64,000 bases of DNA from Candidatus Zixiibacteriota bacterium (GCA_011773985.1 WVWN01000064.1:32580-96579); one strand, 5' to 3'; positions 35,503 to 45,052 are shown, counted from the first letter of the stretch. Numbers and translations: made by a program. Notes: a model not told the origin generated them from the sequence alone.

Positions 35503-38136
35503 GTGCGGTGCTGTTTTCGCATAGCGGCCGCCGTTCTCATTTCCGGCGTCGCCGCCTTCGCCGGTTGGCACCCGATGCCGCGCCTCGCCCTCGTCCACGA
35601 CGACGGCGTGAGCGACGACGCCCTCTATAATTACTTCGCCGCGGCGCCGGCCTTCGTCTTCCGCTACGGCGGCGACGTCTACCAGGCGCCGGTGCTGGCC
35701 GACGCCGTCGGCAACGATACGGTAAAGTTTTTTTTTGAAACCTATAAGAAGTACCTCGACGGCCGCGGCGGCCTGAAGCAGCTCGTCGCCGTCGGCGGCG
35801 TGCCCGCGTTGGACGTCGAGTACGCGCGGAAGTATTTCGGCTTGGCGCGAGAGGACGTCTGGGAGATAATCGGGCCGCCGCCCCGCGTCGCGTGCGAACT
35901 GTCGCGGGATTGGGTTTCGAGCGAGTACGTCGTCGTCGCGCCGTACATAGGCGCTCCTACGATTAAAGACGTCGAGAGCGCGGCGAACGCGGTCTCCATA
36001 GCCGCTTACTTGAACGCGCCACTATTCTACGCCGAGCCCTCGGGCCTTTCGCCCGAGACGTTGAGGTTTATTAAATACCTCGCGCCGTCGAAGGCCGTCG
36101 TCGTCGAGATAGGCGACGTACTGCCGCCGAAAGTAAACGCCGACCTCGCCGCTTTGGGGGCTCGCGTGGTCGCCGACCTGAAGTCGGAGCGCGGCGTCGT
36201 AACGTATATCAACGAGCTGACGGACCCGGCGCCGCCGGTGCTGTGTTGTTTCCGGGGGCGGCGGATGGCCGCGCCGGCGGCCGTCGCCGCGGCGCGGTAC
36301 GGGGGCTTCGTCCTCGAGCTCCCCGAGAACATAACGGCGTTGAGTTCTGCCGTCTGGGAAATTATAAAGGCCGAGGTTCCCGAGAGCCGCGAGAAGCTCC
36401 TCGAGCCGTACGTAATGCCCGCGGCGGTATTGGAGGGCGAGCAATCGATAGCGGACCGTTTCTACGCCTGGCTCGAGGGCCTTGGCGGCACGGACCCGGG
36501 CCGGCTCGAGTACGTACTGACCTTCGCGCCGGCCTTCGGCGACGGGAGCGTCTCGTACGCCTTCGACCGGGCGATAATCGGCGATACCGAGACGCCCGAC
36601 GAGCGCGGCGCCGCGCCGGGGCGGTTCGTCAACGCCGCGGCCGAGACCTTGGCCTCGCTGAACTTGACCTCGGCCTACCGCGCGCTCATCTTCGCCAACC
36701 CGCGCCCGGGGCACGTAACGTTCTGCGGCCTCGTCTACATGGCTCACAACGTCGTCTCGTGCCCCCACACGTTCAAAGACAACTACGGCAAACTTCACAA
36801 GGTCAACGAGGTCTTGGGCTGCCGCGGCGGCGGCTTCGACGACCCGGGCGTCTTTACGGATTTCAAGGATAATTTTTACAAACCCGTGGTCCACGACGGC
36901 CGGCAGGCGGGGTCGGGCCGGCACCCGTTCGTACCGGGCGAGGACTTAATCGGCTTCCCGATGGATGTCTACCGCGGCACGGGTTTTTTCTACGCGTCGA
37001 CGCACGGCACGAGAAGCGGTTTTTACCCGTTCATAAAAGACAACGGCATCGCCGAGAACGTCCAGTGGGGCAAGGCGGATTGGCCGGGGGGCCCTTCCGG
37101 GTACGTGAACTTCGACGGCGAGGGTTGTTACTCTTACAACCTTTGGAACAAGATGGGGAACAAGAGCCCGGGCCTGGTCGCCGCTTTCAACGCATGTTCC
37201 GTCGCGGGAGGCGAGATGAACGCCGTCGTGATGCGGCGCCTCGCCGCGGCTTCTATTTCGTCGTACACGGCCGTCGGGGCGCCGGCCTCGGGTTGGTTCT
37301 GGTGTTCGTTCGTCAACCGTATGGTGGAACGCCGATACACGCTGGGCGAGGCGTTGTGCTTCGCGACGGCGCAGGTCTCGGAAATATTCCCGGCTCGCCG
37401 CGGCGGCGTCGATTCGACGATTCGGTACGTCTTGGTGGGCGACCCGTTTATGTTGTATTACAGGCCGGCGTGGCAGCCGCCGACGCCGGCGGCCCCGGGG
37501 CGCAACTACGGCGGCCACCACCCGGGTGGCTCCGGGCCGCTGGCGCGGGAGTTCGGCGCGCGCGCGGGCGAGCGGCGCGTAACGCTCACCTGGCGCAAGG
37601 CAACTAATAGGGAGGTAGTCGGTTGGAACCTTTTTCGCGGCGAGGGGCGGGCCGCGGCTAAGGCCGTGGGCGGCGGCTCGAGCAGCCCCGTTAAAATAAA
37701 CGAGAGGCTTATCGTCGGCAAGGGTTCGTTCGTCTACGTGGACGAGCCGCTGCAGAACGGCGAGGAGTATTATTATTGGCTCGAGGCGGTGGAGGGCAAC
37801 GGGCGCGTTCTATCGCACGGGCCGGTAGGCGCGGTTCCGGAGGCCGACTTCGGCAAGGCGACGTTCGCGTTGGTGCAGAATTACCCCAACCCCTTCCGCG
37901 AGGCGACGACGATCGTCTTCGTCGTTCCGAAAGACGGGGCCGCGACGCTGACGGTTTACGATTTGCGAGGGGCGGCGGTCCGGAGGTTGTGGGACGGCGC
38001 GGCCGCGGCGGGCGGGCACGACGTTTTATGGGACGGCGCGGGCGACGACGGCGCGCCGCTGCCGCCCGGCGTCTACTTCTACCGGCTCGAGGCGGCCGGC
38101 CGGGCGGCCACTAAGAAGCTAGTATTGGTCAGGTAG
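35503..38136 (+). CDS. Secreted clan-CD (gingipain/C25-like) cysteine peptidase with T9SS C-terminal sorting domain
   Basis: His-Gly (YASTHGTRSGF) and Ala-Cys (VAAFNACSVAGG) dyad in caspase-fold order; C-terminal NYPNPFREATTIVF...LTVYDLRGAAVRRL...GVYFYRLEA T9SS CTD; GTG start, signal peptide. Confidence 0.55.
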   Translation: MRCCFRIAAAVLISGVAAFAGWHPMPRLALVHDDGVSDDALYNYFAAAPAFVFRYGGDVYQAPVLADAVGNDTVKFFFETYKKYLDGRGGLKQLVAVGGVPALDVEYARKYFGLAREDVWEIIGPPPRVACELSRDWVSSEYVVVAPYIGAPTIKDVESAANAVSIAAYLNAPLFYAEPSGLSPETLRFIKYLAPSKAVVVEIGDVLPPKVNADLAALGARVVADLKSERGVVTYINELTDPAPPVLCCFRGRRMAAPAAVAAARYGGFVLELPENITALSSAVWEIIKAEVPESREKLLEPYVMPAAVLEGEQSIADRFYAWLEGLGGTDPGRLEYVLTFAPAFGDGSVSYAFDRAIIGDTETPDERGAAPGRFVNAAAETLASLNLTSAYRALIFANPRPGHVTFCGLVYMAHNVVSCPHTFKDNYGKLHKVNEVLGCRGGGFDDPGVFTDFKDNFYKPVVHDGRQAGSGRHPFVPGEDLIGFPMDVYRGTGFFYASTHGTRSGFYPFIKDNGIAENVQWGKADWPGGPSGYVNFDGEGCYSYNLWNKMGNKSPGLVAAFNACSVAGGEMNAVVMRRLAAASISSYTAVGAPASGWFWCSFVNRMVERRYTLGEALCFATAQVSEIFPARRGGVDSTIRYVLVGDPFMLYYRPAWQPPTPAAPGRNYGGHHPGGSGPLAREFGARAGERRVTLTWRKATNREVVGWNLFRGEGRAAAKAVGGGSSSPVKINERLIVGKGSFVYVDEPLQNGEEYYYWLEAVEGNGRVLSHGPVGAVPEADFGKATFALVQNYPNPFREATTIVFVVPKDGAATLTVYDLRGAAVRRLWDGAAAAGGHDVLWDGAGDDGAPLPPGVYFYRLEAAGRAATKKLVLVR

Positions 38137-38212
38137 GGAACCCTTTCGGCCGGTTGTCCCCTACGAAAGAACGTCCCGTCGTACGGAACCCCGGGGTTGG
38201 GGAATAATGAGT

Positions 38213-38614
38213 TTAAAACTCGGAGGCCGACGGTTCGTCGGGCGGCGTCGTTTCCGGTTCGACTTCGGCGGCGGTTGCGTCCGCCCGTCGAGGTAGTAGT
38301 ACTAACCGTTCGACTACTACTTTGAGTTTCGACCTCTTCTCCCCGCCACCGGTTTCCCAGCGATCCTGTTGAAGGCGTCCCTCCAGGAAGGCCGGGCGCC
38401 CCTTCCTAAGGTAATCGCGCGCCACTTCTGCCGTCCGGCCGTAAGCGGTGCAGTCGACAAAGGATACCTCCTCCGCCAATTCGCCGTCGCGATTCCGGTA
38501 CCGGCGGTTGACGGCTAAGCGGAGGTCTGTCACGATGCCGCCCGTAGGCAGGTCGCGCGATTCGGGGTCGGCGGTAAGGTTTCCCAAAAGGAAAACGCGA
38601 TTGTAATTAGCCAC
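38213..38614 (-). CDS. ssb: Single-stranded DNA-binding protein
   Basis: MANYNRVFLLGNLTADPE... OB-fold N-terminus, acidic C-terminal tail ...DEPSASEF. Confidence 0.85.
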   Translation of the reverse strand: MANYNRVFLLGNLTADPESRDLPTGGIVTDLRLAVNRRYRNRDGELAEEVSFVDCTAYGRTAEVARDYLRKGRPAFLEGRLQQDRWETGGGEKRSKLKVVVERLVLLPRRADATAAEVEPETTPPDEPSASEF

Positions 38615-38721
38615 GGTTCCTCCGTTCTATTTGATAACGCCCCATCATATTCCGTTGCGGGGGCGGTGTCAAGGGAATTATCGAGGCATCGGCGGGTTGT
38701 ATTTGAAAAGTCGCGCAGTTT

Positions 38722-39915
38722 TTGGTAAGTTATAATAATCAGGGCGTTAGGACGGTAAAGATGAAGACTTTGGCGATAATAAACGGAATCGTTTACAGGG
38801 GTGGCGACGCGCCGCCGTCGAAGGGGCACGTAATAGTCCGCGACGGCAAGATAGCCGCCGTTGGCCCTAACGTCAAGGTGCCCACGGGGACGGAAGTCGT
38901 CGACGCCGAGGGCCAGGTCGTCACGCCGGGCTTGATAGACGCCCACACGCATGTGGGCAACTACGGCGAGGGGACCGGGCCGCCGGGGTTCGACGCCAAC
39001 GAGGCCGTAGAAGCGGCGACGCCGCACGTGCGCGCGCTCGACGGCATCGACCCGCGCGACCTCGGGTTCGAAGACGCGCGGCGCGCGGGCGTCACGACGG
39101 TGTGCGTTTTGCCGGGAAGCGCCAACGTGATCGGCGGCACGGGCGTAGTTGTGAAGACCGCGGGCGCGGTCGTCGACGAGATGGTGGTCAAGGCCGACGC
39201 GGGCATGAAGGTCGCTTTTGGCGAGAACCCGAAGTTTTCCCACCCGGATAAATCGCGGATGCCGGCTACGCGGATGGGTACGGCCGCGGTACTGAGAGAG
39301 ATGTTGACGCAGGCGGGGGAGTACCGGCGCAAGCGCCGCTTGCCGGCCGCGAAGCGCCCGGACTTCGACCTCCGCATGGAACCGCTGGTAAAGGTCCTGG
39401 CGGGCGAGATGCCGCTGCGGGGCCACGCACACCGCGCCGACGACATCGCGACCGCGGTACGGATAGCGCGCGAGTTCGGTTGTCGGATAGTGTCGGACCA
39501 CTGTACGGAGGGTTATTTAATCGCGGATTATTTATATGAGAATAAAGTGCCGTGCGTCGTAGGCCCCACGCTCATAGGGCGGTTTAAACAAGAGCTCAGA
39601 CGGCGTACGTACGCCGCGGCGGGCATTCTGGAGAAAGCCGGTTGTACCGTCGCCCTGACTACGGACCACCCGTTTTTGCCGATAGATACGTTGGTGACGT
39701 CGGCCGCGGCGGCGGTGCGCGAGGGCATGACGCCGGCGGGCGCTTTCCGCGCCATTACGCAAAACGCCGCGGAAATACTGGGTCTGGGCCGGCGGTTGGG
39801 TAAACTCGCGCGGGGCTGGGACGGCGACGTCGTCGTATGGGACGGCCATCCGCTGGAAGCTCAGGCCAAGGTAGTCGTGACGGTTATCGCCGGCGAGCTG
39901 GTTTACCGGCAATAA
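38722..39915 (+). CDS. Amidohydrolase-superfamily metal-dependent hydrolase
   Basis: TPGLIDAHTHVG metal-binding motif, downstream H.H/D ligands; likely true start at the internal MKTLAIINGIVY (~38761). Confidence 0.7.
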   Translation: MVSYNNQGVRTVKMKTLAIINGIVYRGGDAPPSKGHVIVRDGKIAAVGPNVKVPTGTEVVDAEGQVVTPGLIDAHTHVGNYGEGTGPPGFDANEAVEAATPHVRALDGIDPRDLGFEDARRAGVTTVCVLPGSANVIGGTGVVVKTAGAVVDEMVVKADAGMKVAFGENPKFSHPDKSRMPATRMGTAAVLREMLTQAGEYRRKRRLPAAKRPDFDLRMEPLVKVLAGEMPLRGHAHRADDIATAVRIAREFGCRIVSDHCTEGYLIADYLYENKVPCVVGPTLIGRFKQELRRRTYAAAGILEKAGCTVALTTDHPFLPIDTLVTSAAAAVREGMTPAGAFRAITQNAAEILGLGRRLGKLARGWDGDVVVWDGHPLEAQAKVVVTVIAGELVYRQ

Positions 39916-39924
39916 GGACGGTTT

Positions 39925-41208
39925 ATGGAAGCGGTCGTGCTGTGCGAGGTGAAGTTCGGCGCGGGGCCTATACAGGCCGTCATCGACTATTTGACGGTGG
40001 AGAAACGTTACCGTATTGTCGGCGCGGCGTTAATCGCGCAGGAGATTCCCGAGGGTTTTTCTTTAGAGGTTCCTTTTGTAGTCGAGGCGGACGCCGCGGC
40101 CGCGGTGCGGCGCGCGGCGGAAGAGTTCGCGCCGGGGGCCTTAGTCGATGCTACGCAATCGGACTTGGCTCAGCGTCTCGCCTGGGCGAACGAGGCGCTG
40201 CAGGTGGGCCTGGAGGTCCACGGGGCGGATTTCCGCCTGTGGCCGCCGATTCTAAAACGCGGCGGCCTACCGACGTTGACGTTCGTCGGCGCCGGACCCG
40301 CGGTAGGGAAAACGGCCGCCATCGTACATTTTTTAGAGCAAGTCAAGGATAAGTATAAAGCCGCGGCCGTCGTTTTGGACCTCGGCGGGCCTTCGTACCC
40401 GGAAGTCGTCCGCGTAGGAGAGGGAGCGCTATCGTCGGCCGAGCTGCTCTCCTACCATAAGGATGGCCGCCGCGTCGACGGCGACCACTACCTGATAGCC
40501 GCGGCGACGGGCGCCCCCGCCGTCGGGTGCTCGTTCGCCGGGACCGGCTTGACGGGCATACCGCTTAACTCGGTACTGGGCGACGCCTTCGTCTTCGCAT
40601 CCGAGGCGGGGGGTGAGTTTATGGTGGTCGAAGGTTCGGGAAACGCGATGCCGCCCGTCTCGGGCGCGGTATGTTTCCTCGTGAGCGTACGTGCCGAACC
40701 GGCGTCGCTTCGGACCTTCCCGTTCGCTTATCAGCTACGGCGGGCGAGCGTAGTCATCGCTACGGGTTTCGCCGCGGGCCCGCCCGCAAAGGCCTTGAGT
40801 ACTTTGGGCTCGGAGATAAAGTCGATTAACAAACGTGCGGCGTTCTGTTACGGGAGGTTGGTCGCGGCGGCGGTTGGCCGGGCCGAGTTTGAGAACGCGG
40901 TCGTAGTAACCGCCCGCCCGGGGGGCGAACGCGAGGCCTTATTCGGCCACTGGGGCAAGAAGATCCGCGGCACGGTCGTAGACGTAGTCGGCGCGGATGA
41001 ATTCCCCCCCGGGGCGTCAACGGCGAAGTCGTTGCGCGGCTCCGGAGAGAATACCGGCCTTCTTTTGGATATGGCGGCTGCGAATTTAGGGGGGTGGTTG
41101 GCGTGGGCCGATTCTTGGGGTTTGCCGGTTCACCTGACGTTCGAGACGTTGCGGCCCGCGGAACCGGTGGTGGAACCGCTTTTGAAAAGCGCCCTCGAGG
41201 CGACGTAG
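39925..41208 (+). CDS. Hypothetical protein, possibly of the DUF1611/CpgS-like family
   Basis: 427 aa, Rossmann/P-loop-like LTFVGAGPAVGKTAAIVHF segment; assignment weak. Confidence 0.35.
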   Translation: MEAVVLCEVKFGAGPIQAVIDYLTVEKRYRIVGAALIAQEIPEGFSLEVPFVVEADAAAAVRRAAEEFAPGALVDATQSDLAQRLAWANEALQVGLEVHGADFRLWPPILKRGGLPTLTFVGAGPAVGKTAAIVHFLEQVKDKYKAAAVVLDLGGPSYPEVVRVGEGALSSAELLSYHKDGRRVDGDHYLIAAATGAPAVGCSFAGTGLTGIPLNSVLGDAFVFASEAGGEFMVVEGSGNAMPPVSGAVCFLVSVRAEPASLRTFPFAYQLRRASVVIATGFAAGPPAKALSTLGSEIKSINKRAAFCYGRLVAAAVGRAEFENAVVVTARPGGEREALFGHWGKKIRGTVVDVVGADEFPPGASTAKSLRGSGENTGLLLDMAAANLGGWLAWADSWGLPVHLTFETLRPAEPVVEPLLKSALEAT

Positions 41209-41287
41209 CGGCCACCCAGGAGTCGCGGCGCATTCGGTCGCTTTTCGGTTGGCGCAAGAAGGAAATCGGTTATAATTTGTCCAAGGT

Positions 41288-42454
41288 ATGGAGAGGTCCG
41301 TACTTGATAGAATTGTTGTCAGGCGCGGCCGGTGGCTGCGTTGGTGTGCGGTGGCTTTGGCTGCCATCGCGCTGGCGGCGGGTCGGTCCAAGTTAGAAAA
41401 GATAAAAGAGGACATAAGGCGGCACCAGGCGGACCTCAAGAAGGTAGAAGGCGAAGTAAGTTTATCCGTGGAATCGATCCACGAACTCGACGCGCGATTC
41501 GAGGACATCGATAAAACGTTGGCCGAACTTTCGGCGGAGATAGCCGAGACCTCGGGGCGGATGGCGGCTGTACGGGCGGACCTGGCGGAGGCGGAGAAGG
41601 ACCTCGCAGCGCGGCGCGAGGAGCTCTCCCGGCATTTGCGGCTCGTCTACAAGATGGGCAGGTACCCGATGGTCAGGTTATTAGTAGGCGCCGAGGAGTT
41701 GGGGGACTTCGTCCGCAAGGTCCGCTTTTCGCTGGCAATTGCGAGGGAGGACCGTAGGCTCGCCCGCGCCGCGGCACGGCGGCGGCAAGAGATCCAACGC
41801 GATCGCAACGCGTTGCGACGAGAGCTCGAGTACCTGAGGTCGCTTCAAGAGTTAAAATTGAAGGAGCTAAGCGTAGCCCGCCAAAGGCGGGCGCGTAAAA
41901 AGCGGATATTGGCGGAGGCCAAGGCCCGGCGCGACGTTTTAAGCAAGCGGCTTAAGCAGCTCCGGAAAGAAAAAGCCGAACTCGAGTCGCTCGTAAAGTC
42001 GAAGGCCGGCCGCGGGCGGGGCGTACCGACGAGGGGACGCCAAACGTCGGAACTCCTCGCGCGCCACGGGAAGATAATCAGCCCGGCGCGAGGCCGCCTC
42101 GTCCGGAAATTTGGCCGCATCAAAGACGATCGGTACGGGACCTTTACGCATAACGACGGCGTTGACATAGTGGCGCCGCTCGGCGCCCAGGTGCGCGCGG
42201 TGATGAAGGGGAAGGTCGTCTTCGCGGACTGGTTTCGCGGTTACGGGAAGCTGATGATCGTGGACCACGGCAGCGGCTGCACCTCCATTTACGCTCACCT
42301 GGGCGATTTTGCGGCCCGGGTGGGCGAGCGCGTCAAGGAGGGGCAGAAAATCGGCCTCGTCGGCGACACCGGTTACGTCGCCGCGCCGACCCTCCACTTC
42401 GAGATCCGCCAAGACGGGATGGCGATTAACCCGGAGGAATGGCTGCGGAAGTAA
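41288..42454 (+). CDS. EnvC-like murein hydrolase activator (coiled coil plus M23 peptidase domain)
   Basis: Long N-terminal coiled coil; C-terminal M23 domain (HNDGVDIVAPLGAQVRAV...GYGKLMIVDHGSGCTSIYAHL...GDTGYVAAPTLHFEIRQDG). Confidence 0.8.
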   Translation: MERSVLDRIVVRRGRWLRWCAVALAAIALAAGRSKLEKIKEDIRRHQADLKKVEGEVSLSVESIHELDARFEDIDKTLAELSAEIAETSGRMAAVRADLAEAEKDLAARREELSRHLRLVYKMGRYPMVRLLVGAEELGDFVRKVRFSLAIAREDRRLARAAARRRQEIQRDRNALRRELEYLRSLQELKLKELSVARQRRARKKRILAEAKARRDVLSKRLKQLRKEKAELESLVKSKAGRGRGVPTRGRQTSELLARHGKIISPARGRLVRKFGRIKDDRYGTFTHNDGVDIVAPLGAQVRAVMKGKVVFADWFRGYGKLMIVDHGSGCTSIYAHLGDFAARVGERVKEGQKIGLVGDTGYVAAPTLHFEIRQDGMAINPEEWLRK

Positions 42455-43110
42455 AGGGCAGGGGCGCGCCGCTGCGCATCGGCGTCTTGGCCTCCGGGGG
42501 CGGGACCGATACGCAAGCGATAATAGATGCGTGCGAGGCGGGCCTGGTCGAAGGTCGCGTGGTCGTCGTCGTCAGCAATAATTCCGGCGCGGGCGTCCTC
42601 GAGCGCGCCCGGCGTCACGGCATCCCGGCGCACCACCTCTCCAACCGCCACCACCCGGACGACGCCGACCTCGACCGCGCGTTCGTGGAACTGTTGCGCC
42701 AGTACAGCGTTAACCTCGTCGCTTTCGCGGGGTATATGAAGAAGCGGGGGCCGGCTTTCTTGAGGGCCTTTCCGAATCGTATTTTGAATATACATCCGGC
42801 GCTCTTGCCGGGGCCGCACGGCGGCGAGGGTAAGTACGGCATCCGCGTCCACGAGTCCGTTTTGGCCGCGGGCGATAGGGTTACGGGCGTGTCGGTCCAT
42901 CTCGTCGACGAGGAATACGACCACGGCCCGGTCGTGGCGCGGCGCGAGGTCGCGGTTATGCCGGACGATACGCCGGAGTCGCTACAGAAACGGGTTCTGG
43001 CGGTGGAACACAAATTTTACCCGGCGGTCCTGGCCGCCGTCGAACGCGGCGAAATCGACCTCGACGCGGTCGCGGCGGGTGGGGCGCCCGCGGATATAGA
43101 CGGAGCGTGA
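42439..43110 (+). CDS. purN: Phosphoribosylglycinamide formyltransferase
   Basis: IGVLASGGGT...N-terminus, formyl-transferase HPALLP motif (NIHPALLPG). Confidence 0.85.
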   Translation: MAAEVKGRGAPLRIGVLASGGGTDTQAIIDACEAGLVEGRVVVVVSNNSGAGVLERARRHGIPAHHLSNRHHPDDADLDRAFVELLRQYSVNLVAFAGYMKKRGPAFLRAFPNRILNIHPALLPGPHGGEGKYGIRVHESVLAAGDRVTGVSVHLVDEEYDHGPVVARREVAVMPDDTPESLQKRVLAVEHKFYPAVLAAVERGEIDLDAVAAGGAPADIDGA

Positions 43111-43114
43111 CGTT

Positions 43115-44617
43115 ATGAAGGTGACGCGAGTTTTGCGGATAGTTTACGCCGTGGCGGTCGTGGCGGCGTTCTTGGCCGCGCCCTCGATGTTTTCGCGGGC
43201 TTGGGCCGACGATAATTCCCGGGATTTCGTACGCGAGATACGGCTCTTCGACACCGTCGCCAACTACGTGCGCATGAGTTACGTTACGGAGGTCGACCCC
43301 CAGGAGCTCATTCACGACGCCATCCGCGGCATGTTGTCCGGCCTTGACGTCTATACGGTGTTTTTGGAGGCGGACGATTTCCGCCTCATCATAAACGAAA
43401 CCGAGGGTTCCTTCGGCGGCCTGGGCATCGAGATAGCGGTAACGCCCGAGGACCAGACGCTCACGGTGATGAACGTACTAGAGGGGACGCCGGCCGAGCG
43501 GGTCGGCCTTAGGGCGAGAGATAAAATCGTCGAGATAGACGGGGAGTCGACGAAGGGGATTACGACCCGCGAAGCCTTGCTCAAAATGCGCGGCGAGGCC
43601 GGCACGGACGTGGAGGTCGGTATTGCCCGTAAGGGTTATGCCGATAAATTGGACTTCAAGATAACGCGCGAGGTCATCCACGTCGATTCCGTGCCCTATT
43701 ATTTTATGGCCGCGGACGATGTCGGGTATATCCGCGTCGCCGCCTTCTCCTGCGACGAGGAGCGTAGCACCTCCAAGGACGCCGAAAAGGCCCTGGCGGA
43801 GTTGAAGAAGGCGGGGATGAAGAAACTCATCGTCGACTTGCGCGGGAACCCGGGCGGCCCCCTTGACGAGGCGGTGGCCCTGGCCGGCCTATTTCTAAAG
43901 AAAGGTTCGTTGGTCGTGTACACGGGCGGCCGCGCCGGGCGGTGGGAACAACGAAAATACTTCGTCGAGGACGAACCGAAGTACGGTAAAGAGCCGTTCG
44001 TGGTTTTGGTCGACGGCTCGTCGGCGTCGGCGTCCGAGGTCTTCACGGGCGCTTTGAAGGACCACAAGCGCGCGGTGGTGATGGGGGAGAAGACTTACGG
44101 CAAGGCCTCGGTGCAGACGTTGATACCGTTGACGGCCGCGGCCGACGCGGGCCCGGGCCCGGGCCTCAAGATAACCATTGCCTATTATTATTCGCCCGAC
44201 GGCCACCTCATCGACGGCGAGGGCATAGAACCGGTTGTAGACCTCGAGGCGGAGGAGGTGCCGCTCGTGGTCGGGAAGTTGTTCGTACTCGGTTATTTTA
44301 GGATGTACGCCGAAGCCTACCACGACGCGCACGGCGGCTCGGCGCTGGCCGACTTCGAGGGCGACGCCACGGCCTTCGAGAAGTTCGTCGCGTGGGTCGA
44401 GGAACGGGGGTTCGACTTCTACCCCGAGGGCTACGCGGAGACGCTGCCGGATAACGGCCGCGAGTTCTACGTCGCCGCCATCGAGAAGGAGCGCGAGGCC
44501 GCAATGACGATATTGACGCGCGAGGTAATTCGCGAGGCGGCGGGCGACGCCGAGGCGTACACGTACTGGCGCCGGCACGACCCGTGGGTCGCGAGCGCGG
44601 TCGAGGAATTGTCCTGA
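43115..44617 (+). CDS. ctpA: C-terminal processing peptidase (S41, Ctp/Prc)
   Basis: PDZ domain (GLGIEIAV...), S41 catalytic region (GSSASASEVFTGAL...KTYGKASVQ). Confidence 0.85.
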   Translation: MKVTRVLRIVYAVAVVAAFLAAPSMFSRAWADDNSRDFVREIRLFDTVANYVRMSYVTEVDPQELIHDAIRGMLSGLDVYTVFLEADDFRLIINETEGSFGGLGIEIAVTPEDQTLTVMNVLEGTPAERVGLRARDKIVEIDGESTKGITTREALLKMRGEAGTDVEVGIARKGYADKLDFKITREVIHVDSVPYYFMAADDVGYIRVAAFSCDEERSTSKDAEKALAELKKAGMKKLIVDLRGNPGGPLDEAVALAGLFLKKGSLVVYTGGRAGRWEQRKYFVEDEPKYGKEPFVVLVDGSSASASEVFTGALKDHKRAVVMGEKTYGKASVQTLIPLTAAADAGPGPGLKITIAYYYSPDGHLIDGEGIEPVVDLEAEEVPLVVGKLFVLGYFRMYAEAYHDAHGGSALADFEGDATAFEKFVAWVEERGFDFYPEGYAETLPDNGREFYVAAIEKEREAAMTILTREVIREAAGDAEAYTYWRRHDPWVASAVEELS

Positions 44618-44622
44618 CGGCC

Positions 44623-44905
44623 GAGGAGATAAGGATCGTAGAGGGGTCGAAGGGGCAGGGTTTCAGGCCGGCCCAGAAGAATTAAAACGCGCCGACCTAA
44701 AGGTTAGCGCCTACGGCGAATGACATAGCCGCGGACGGCAAGATCGACGCGCTGGCCTACGAGCTGTATGGTTTGACGGAGGAAGAGATAAAGATCGTCG
44801 AGGCATCGTAGGGGCGACTGGCCAGTCGCCCTTACCGAGCTAACGGCTTAGGAGATAAAGATCGTGGAGGGGTCGTAGGGGCGAATGGCCCGTCGCCCCT
44901 CCCCG
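44623..44905 (+). repeat. Three dispersed copies of a ~35-50 nt unit (GAGATAARGATCGTNGAGG..TCGWAGGGGC plus GC hairpin)
   Basis: Copies at ~44623-44660, 44787-44831 and 44851-44905; copies 2 and 3 carry the palindromes GGGCGACTGGCCAGTCGCCC (perfect, 20 nt) and GGGGCGAATGGCCCGTCGCCCC. Confidence 0.6.
44701..44811 (+). pseudogene. Remnant of the 3' end of an N6-adenine DNA methyltransferase gene (RM/BREX-type), no N-terminal body
   Basis: In-frame stretch ...NDIAADGKIDALAYELYGLTEEEIKIVEAS* matches the stereotyped C-terminus (…LVYELYGLTEEEI.IVEG) of type I/IIG/PglX-class MTases; bounded upstream by TAA at 44698. Confidence 0.5.
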
Positions 44906-44932
44906 GCCACGCCAATGGGTCCCGCAGCCGAT

Positions 44933-44958
44933 GCCGGCCTATCCGTGGGCCGGTTTTT
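44933..44958 (+). terminator. Rho-independent terminator upstream of the tRNA-Asp promoter
   Basis: CCGGCC-tatccgtg-GGCCGG followed by TTTTT. Confidence 0.5.
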
Positions 44959-45011
44959 GACGACGTAGCTTCGGGACGCGTACGCCCGCCGCCACGTTCG
45001 GCGTTTCGGAC

Positions 45012-45040
45012 TTGATGAAGGCGGCGGTTTATGGTATAAA
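45012..45040 (+). promoter_or_regulatory. sigma70-type promoter for tRNA-Asp (TTGATG-N17-TATAAA)
   Basis: Hexamers at 45012-45017 and 45035-45040, about 12 nt before the tRNA 5' end. Confidence 0.5.
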
Positions 45041-45052
45041 TAGCGCCTTAGC

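Noticed and set aside
36022-36924. 300-aa minus-strand ORF
   Set aside because: Antisense to the clan-CD peptidase gene.
38137-38212. AACCCCGGGGTT 12-nt palindrome between the convergent peptidase and ssb genes
   Set aside because: Probably just a short bidirectional terminator stem; no flanking U-tract long enough to call confidently.
38530-39501. 323-aa minus-strand ORF
   Set aside because: Antisense to the amidohydrolase gene; overlaps the ssb start.
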